Shown: piece after piece, positions 60,805-64,000 of the stretch | Layout of the letters: each line of letters begins with the position of its first letter | Position numbering within the stretch: position 1 is the stretch's first letter | Assembly (NCBI GenBank): GCA_965242865.1 | Contig: CBDETK010000013.1 | Coordinates: 3,200,001 to 3,264,000 of the forward strand | DNA: 64,000 nt | Direction: 5' to 3' | Source: Candidatus Latescibacterota bacterium | Lineage (GTDB): Bacteria; Latescibacterota; UBA2968; UBA8231 | Program-made: the position numbers and the translations under genes | The notes under the pieces: generated by a model | The model's input: only the letters and a program-made list of their open reading frames with translations | The model's database searches: none | Told to the model about the DNA's origin: nothing

Positions 60805-61763
60805 TATAGCAATCCGAAATGCCTTGAAAGGTTAATATGATTCAAGCGGTGCTCGGCGTTCAGTCGGGGTTCATCCGTACGTGGAAGAAGCGGTATCTAT
60901 CTGAGGGGGTCGAATGCTTGCGCTTAGGCTATAAAGGCTCGCTCTCCTATTTGTCGGCCGCTCAGCGGGCGCAAATTACCCGCTGGTTAGCCACCCCATC
61001 GCCGCCCTCGGTGGCGTCGTTGGCCTCCTATATCCAAACACAGTTTGGCGTGGTCTATCGCTCCTCACAGCGTTATTACGCTCTGCTCTCGCAGGCGGGC
61101 TATCGTCGGAAGAAGCCCCACGCCCGTTCGCCCCAAGCCGACCCGCGCCAAGGGATCGCACGGCGCGCTGAGATAAAAAAAACTAGCCGCGTATATGCCA
61201 GATCTCCAAGCGGGGCGTCTGAGTGCCTTTTTTGTTGACGAGTCGCACCTACCCTGGGGGGATGCTGGGGGCCGATCCGATCAACGGCTTAGGGTGTGCA
61301 TGGACAACGCCCGTCAACGCCAGACCGATTATGGGGCCTTGGATGTCGTCAAGGGGACCTTCCTGATGCAAAGCGATCCCAAGGCCAATTCGCAGCATAC
61401 AGTGGACTTTATACGCTATATACAACAGCGTCGTCCCGGTCAACGGTTATTGATTTTTTGGGATGGGGCTTCCTATCATCGTCAACAGGCCATGTGCACC
61501 GTTCTCGAAACGATACAAGCGAACCGACCACCGGTTCCATGGAAGGTATGCTGTATGCGATTGGCCCCTTATACACCGCAAGAAAATCCCGTTGAAGATA
61601 TTTGGTTAAAAGGGAAGACTTTTGTGCGTACCCATGCGTTGCGGACCACAAACTTTGAACCGATCAAAGACCTCTTTGTCAAGGGAATTCGACGAAAAAA
61701 TACTTCCAGTTCCCTAAATTAAAGCAATATATAACATCTCTTAAATAATTTAGAATTGCTATA
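60805..61763 (+). mobile_element. Degenerate IS630-family element
   Basis: Ends TATAGCAATCCGAAAT / ATTTAGAATTGCTATA with TA duplication; ORFs 60837-61238 (HTH) and 61195-61722 (VDESH, WDGASYH, NPVEDIW) joined at an A8 run (61175-61182). Confidence 0.85.
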
Positions 61764-61790
61764 TCAGTTCCGTCTAGAGAATCTGCACAG

Positions 61791-62162
61791 TCAAACCAAT
61801 TCCTCAATCTTCACCGCACCATTTTCCACTACGTCCACTCTTAGGCCGTGTCCTCGGAGCAATCCCATTCCTACAAGGGGATCAGTATCTGCCGCATCCA
61901 CTTCTACCGTGCGGTCCTGTCCGTTCCATAAAACGGTTCCTACATACGCGTCGAATACGTGCAAGCTGCCATCGGCTAGTAGTGCTTGGGCGCGATTTTG
62001 CCAAGACAGGGCCAGTCGGTCTATCAACGCCATCGGGAGCGTCAGGTGACCGGTGAAGCCAGTGTCGATTATGGCCTCAATTTCATGCTCATCCCCGGTA
62101 ATGCCACGAAGGGTAAGGCGGATGGTCGCCTCGCAATTCTCATTTACTCTGCCCTCAATCAT
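61791..62162 (-). CDS. Clan AA (retropepsin-like) aspartic protease
   Basis: AIIDTGFTG, PLVGMGLL; ATG 62162 overlaps the upstream stop. Confidence 0.85.
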   Translation of the reverse strand: MIEGRVNENCEATIRLTLRGITGDEHEIEAIIDTGFTGHLTLPMALIDRLALSWQNRAQALLADGSLHVFDAYVGTVLWNGQDRTVEVDAADTDPLVGMGLLRGHGLRVDVVENGAVKIEELV

Positions 62163-62434
62163 ATTGAGCTCCCTGTATGCGACTGCCCGAACCGATGTAC
62201 CGCCCGATGCCCGATACGCACCAACCACGGCTGCGCCGCCGGGCAACGCGCCAACAGTTGACCAGAGGCGGCAAGGGTGTCGTCCCCCACCTCGAACTCG
62301 CCTGTCTCAATATCAATCGCCACGATCCGGCCCCTATTGCCTTCTTCCACCTGCAACCTCACTCGTTGCTCGTAGATCGCCTGACCTCGCCGGGCGAACT
62401 CCTCTTTGCTATAACGCGGCTGTCGCACTCTCAT
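62159..62434 (-). CDS. Small DUF5678-like protein
   Basis: RRGQAIYE...GRIVAIDIETGEFEV...VRIG. Confidence 0.65.
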   Translation of the reverse strand: MRVRQPRYSKEEFARRGQAIYEQRVRLQVEEGNRGRIVAIDIETGEFEVGDDTLAASGQLLARCPAAQPWLVRIGHRAVHRFGQSHTGSSI

Positions 62435-62828
62435 GCTGATTCTCCTTTCTCGATCTCGTCCGCAGATTCTTGAGCCGCACGGCCGGCAGCCTTTTCAGGC
62501 GTTGATTACTCGGATCAACCTCAATACCCACGGACTCCAAGGCCGTAACGCCGAGCAACGGTTCGGCGTTTTCCTCGCCGAAAAGGATCGTTCCGCCGAC
62601 GATCTCCCCCATAAATTCGATGTCCGCTGTGGTGATGTTCATTTTGATTTCGCGCCCGTCTGCCAGTTCATACACCCGCGCCCCCTTGGGCCTAAGCCCG
62701 ATGCCCTCCAGACTGGATCGGGGGACTAGGCAATCCGTCGCGCCTGTGTCAACCAGAAACAGCCCTTCCCAAGCTCGGTCTGGTTCAGCCGGATTCCGAA
62801 TGGTAACAGTAACATGCGTCGCGCCCAT
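62409..62828 (-). CDS. Clan AA aspartic protease
   Basis: FLVDTGAT, ELADG, PLLGVTALES. Confidence 0.85.
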   Translation of the reverse strand: MGATHVTVTIRNPAEPDRAWEGLFLVDTGATDCLVPRSSLEGIGLRPKGARVYELADGREIKMNITTADIEFMGEIVGGTILFGEENAEPLLGVTALESVGIEVDPSNQRLKRLPAVRLKNLRTRSRKENQHESATAAL

Positions 62829-62917
62829 TATAGCCCTCCTCTCGGTTGTTCAGCGGCCTCCACGACCTCCACCTCACAATTTCCCCGATGAGCTTGACCC
62901 GCGCAACCGCGTCCCCC

Positions 62918-63088
62918 TCACTCGGCGGCCTCTATAACAGCCTCCGAAGTGATGGTGTAAGCGATGGACTCGCGGCTCCTGACGAGCAGCTTGGCAAACG
63001 GGTCGCGCACCCGCACCAACCGCGGGTGCGGCGTGGCGCAGTCGAAGACGACGTAGAGCCAGTATTCGTCGCGGAGATTGCACGCCTT
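62918..63088 (-). pseudogene. C-terminal remnant of a DUF3883 domain (typical of SNF2 helicase tails)
   Basis: KACNLRDEYWLYVVFDCATPHPRLVRVRDPFAKLL...AAE*; no start codon. Confidence 0.65.
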
Positions 63089-63091
63089 GAG

Positions 63092-63907
63092 CTACTCCTT
63101 CACAGCCCCTGCCGTCAGCCCCTGCGTGAAAAATCGCTGGGTGAAGAGGAAGAACAGCACCGTCGGCACCAAGGCGATGATGGAGGCCGCTGAAATGTAG
63201 CGCCAGTTGACCCCAAAGACGCCTTGGAGGCTGGCCAACCCCAATTGCAGGGTGTACAGCTCGCGGCTTTTGAGCACCACGAGCGGCCACAGAAAATCGT
63301 TCCACTGGGCCACGAATGTAAAAGCCGCCTGAGCGGCGAGGGCCGGTTTGACTAGGGGCAGCATAATACGCGCATAGATGGTCCACGGGCCGCAGCCATC
63401 TATGCGGGCGGCGTCCTCTAGATCGGTGGGAATGGTGGTGAAGGCTTGGCGCAAGAGAAAGATGCCGAAGGCATTGACCGCCACCGGCAGGATGACGCCC
63501 GCATATGAATCCACGAGGCCCAGCTTCAAGGTGACGATAAAGAGCGGGATTAAGAGGACTTGGAACGGCACCATGGTCGTGGCCAATATGCAGTAGAAAA
63601 TGGCTTGACGGCCGCGAAAGCGCATGCGGGCGAGAGCGTAACCAGCCAGCGAGCAGCACGTCAAGTTGAGCAAGACGGTGGCGATGGCAATGTAGAACGT
63701 ATTGAACAGGTAGCGCACAAACGGGAGGATGTGCCAAGCCTTGGCAAAGTTGCTCCAGACGATGGGGTCGGGAATCCACTGCGGAGGATGGGCGAACAGA
63801 TCGGCCGCTTCGGATTTGAGCGCGGTGGATAGCAGCCAAGCGAACGGGGCCAGCAAAACAGCGCCGACCGCGCACAAGACTGCGTAGAGCAGAACGCGCT
63901 GGACCAT
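63092..63907 (-). CDS. Carbohydrate ABC transporter permease (MalG-like)
   Basis: LEDAARIDG EAA loop; WNDFLWPL. Confidence 0.93.
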   Translation of the reverse strand: MVQRVLLYAVLCAVGAVLLAPFAWLLSTALKSEAADLFAHPPQWIPDPIVWSNFAKAWHILPFVRYLFNTFYIAIATVLLNLTCCSLAGYALARMRFRGRQAIFYCILATTMVPFQVLLIPLFIVTLKLGLVDSYAGVILPVAVNAFGIFLLRQAFTTIPTDLEDAARIDGCGPWTIYARIMLPLVKPALAAQAAFTFVAQWNDFLWPLVVLKSRELYTLQLGLASLQGVFGVNWRYISAASIIALVPTVLFFLFTQRFFTQGLTAGAVKE

Positions 63908-63908
63908 C

Positions 63909-64000
63909 TCAAGCTCCCCGCCCGGCGAGGCGAAAGTTGAGCAGGGCAAAGACCAATATGACGACCAACAAGCAGAGCGAAACGGCCGCGGCGTACCCCA
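63909..64000 (-). CDS. Sugar ABC permease (MalF-like), C-terminal part; gene continues beyond the window
   Basis: GYAAAVSLCLLVVILVFALLNFRLAGRGA*. Confidence 0.75.
   Translation of the reverse strand, partial: GYAAAVSLCLLVVILVFALLNFRLAGRGA

Overview
GC-rich bacterial DNA. FG-GAP proteins with FlgD/T9SS-like C-termini, ankyrin lipoproteins and four PhyH dioxygenases suggest an FCB-group, possibly host-associated bacterium (inference only). The main result is a ~22-kb minus-strand island (~8232-29925) that looks like an unusual RiPP-type system. It carries two identical copies of a 58-aa Cys/Ser/Thr-rich peptide gene absent from the ORF track (19045-19221, 22172-22348). It also encodes an S8 peptidase fused to a DUF1611/TIGR04066-like P-loop domain, a stand-alone LanKC-like kinase, an acyl carrier protein, an ABC exporter, a CxxC protein, a beta-propeller lipoprotein, two MacB-type permeases and a glycosyl/acyl-tailoring block; no radical SAM enzyme is present. 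Four sigma54 promoters carry an identical tandem 17-bp enhancer, and a divergent NtrC-type activator lies next door; its probable kinase is displaced by a 4.2-kb ankyrin insertion. Further right are a type I R-M locus with an embedded PtuAB/Septu-like ATPase+HNH pair and a damaged hsdR, TA modules (two with only toxin stubs), glcB, tRNA-Glu(CTC), a degenerate IS630 and many gene remnants. All family calls come from reading motifs by eye and have not been confirmed by database search.
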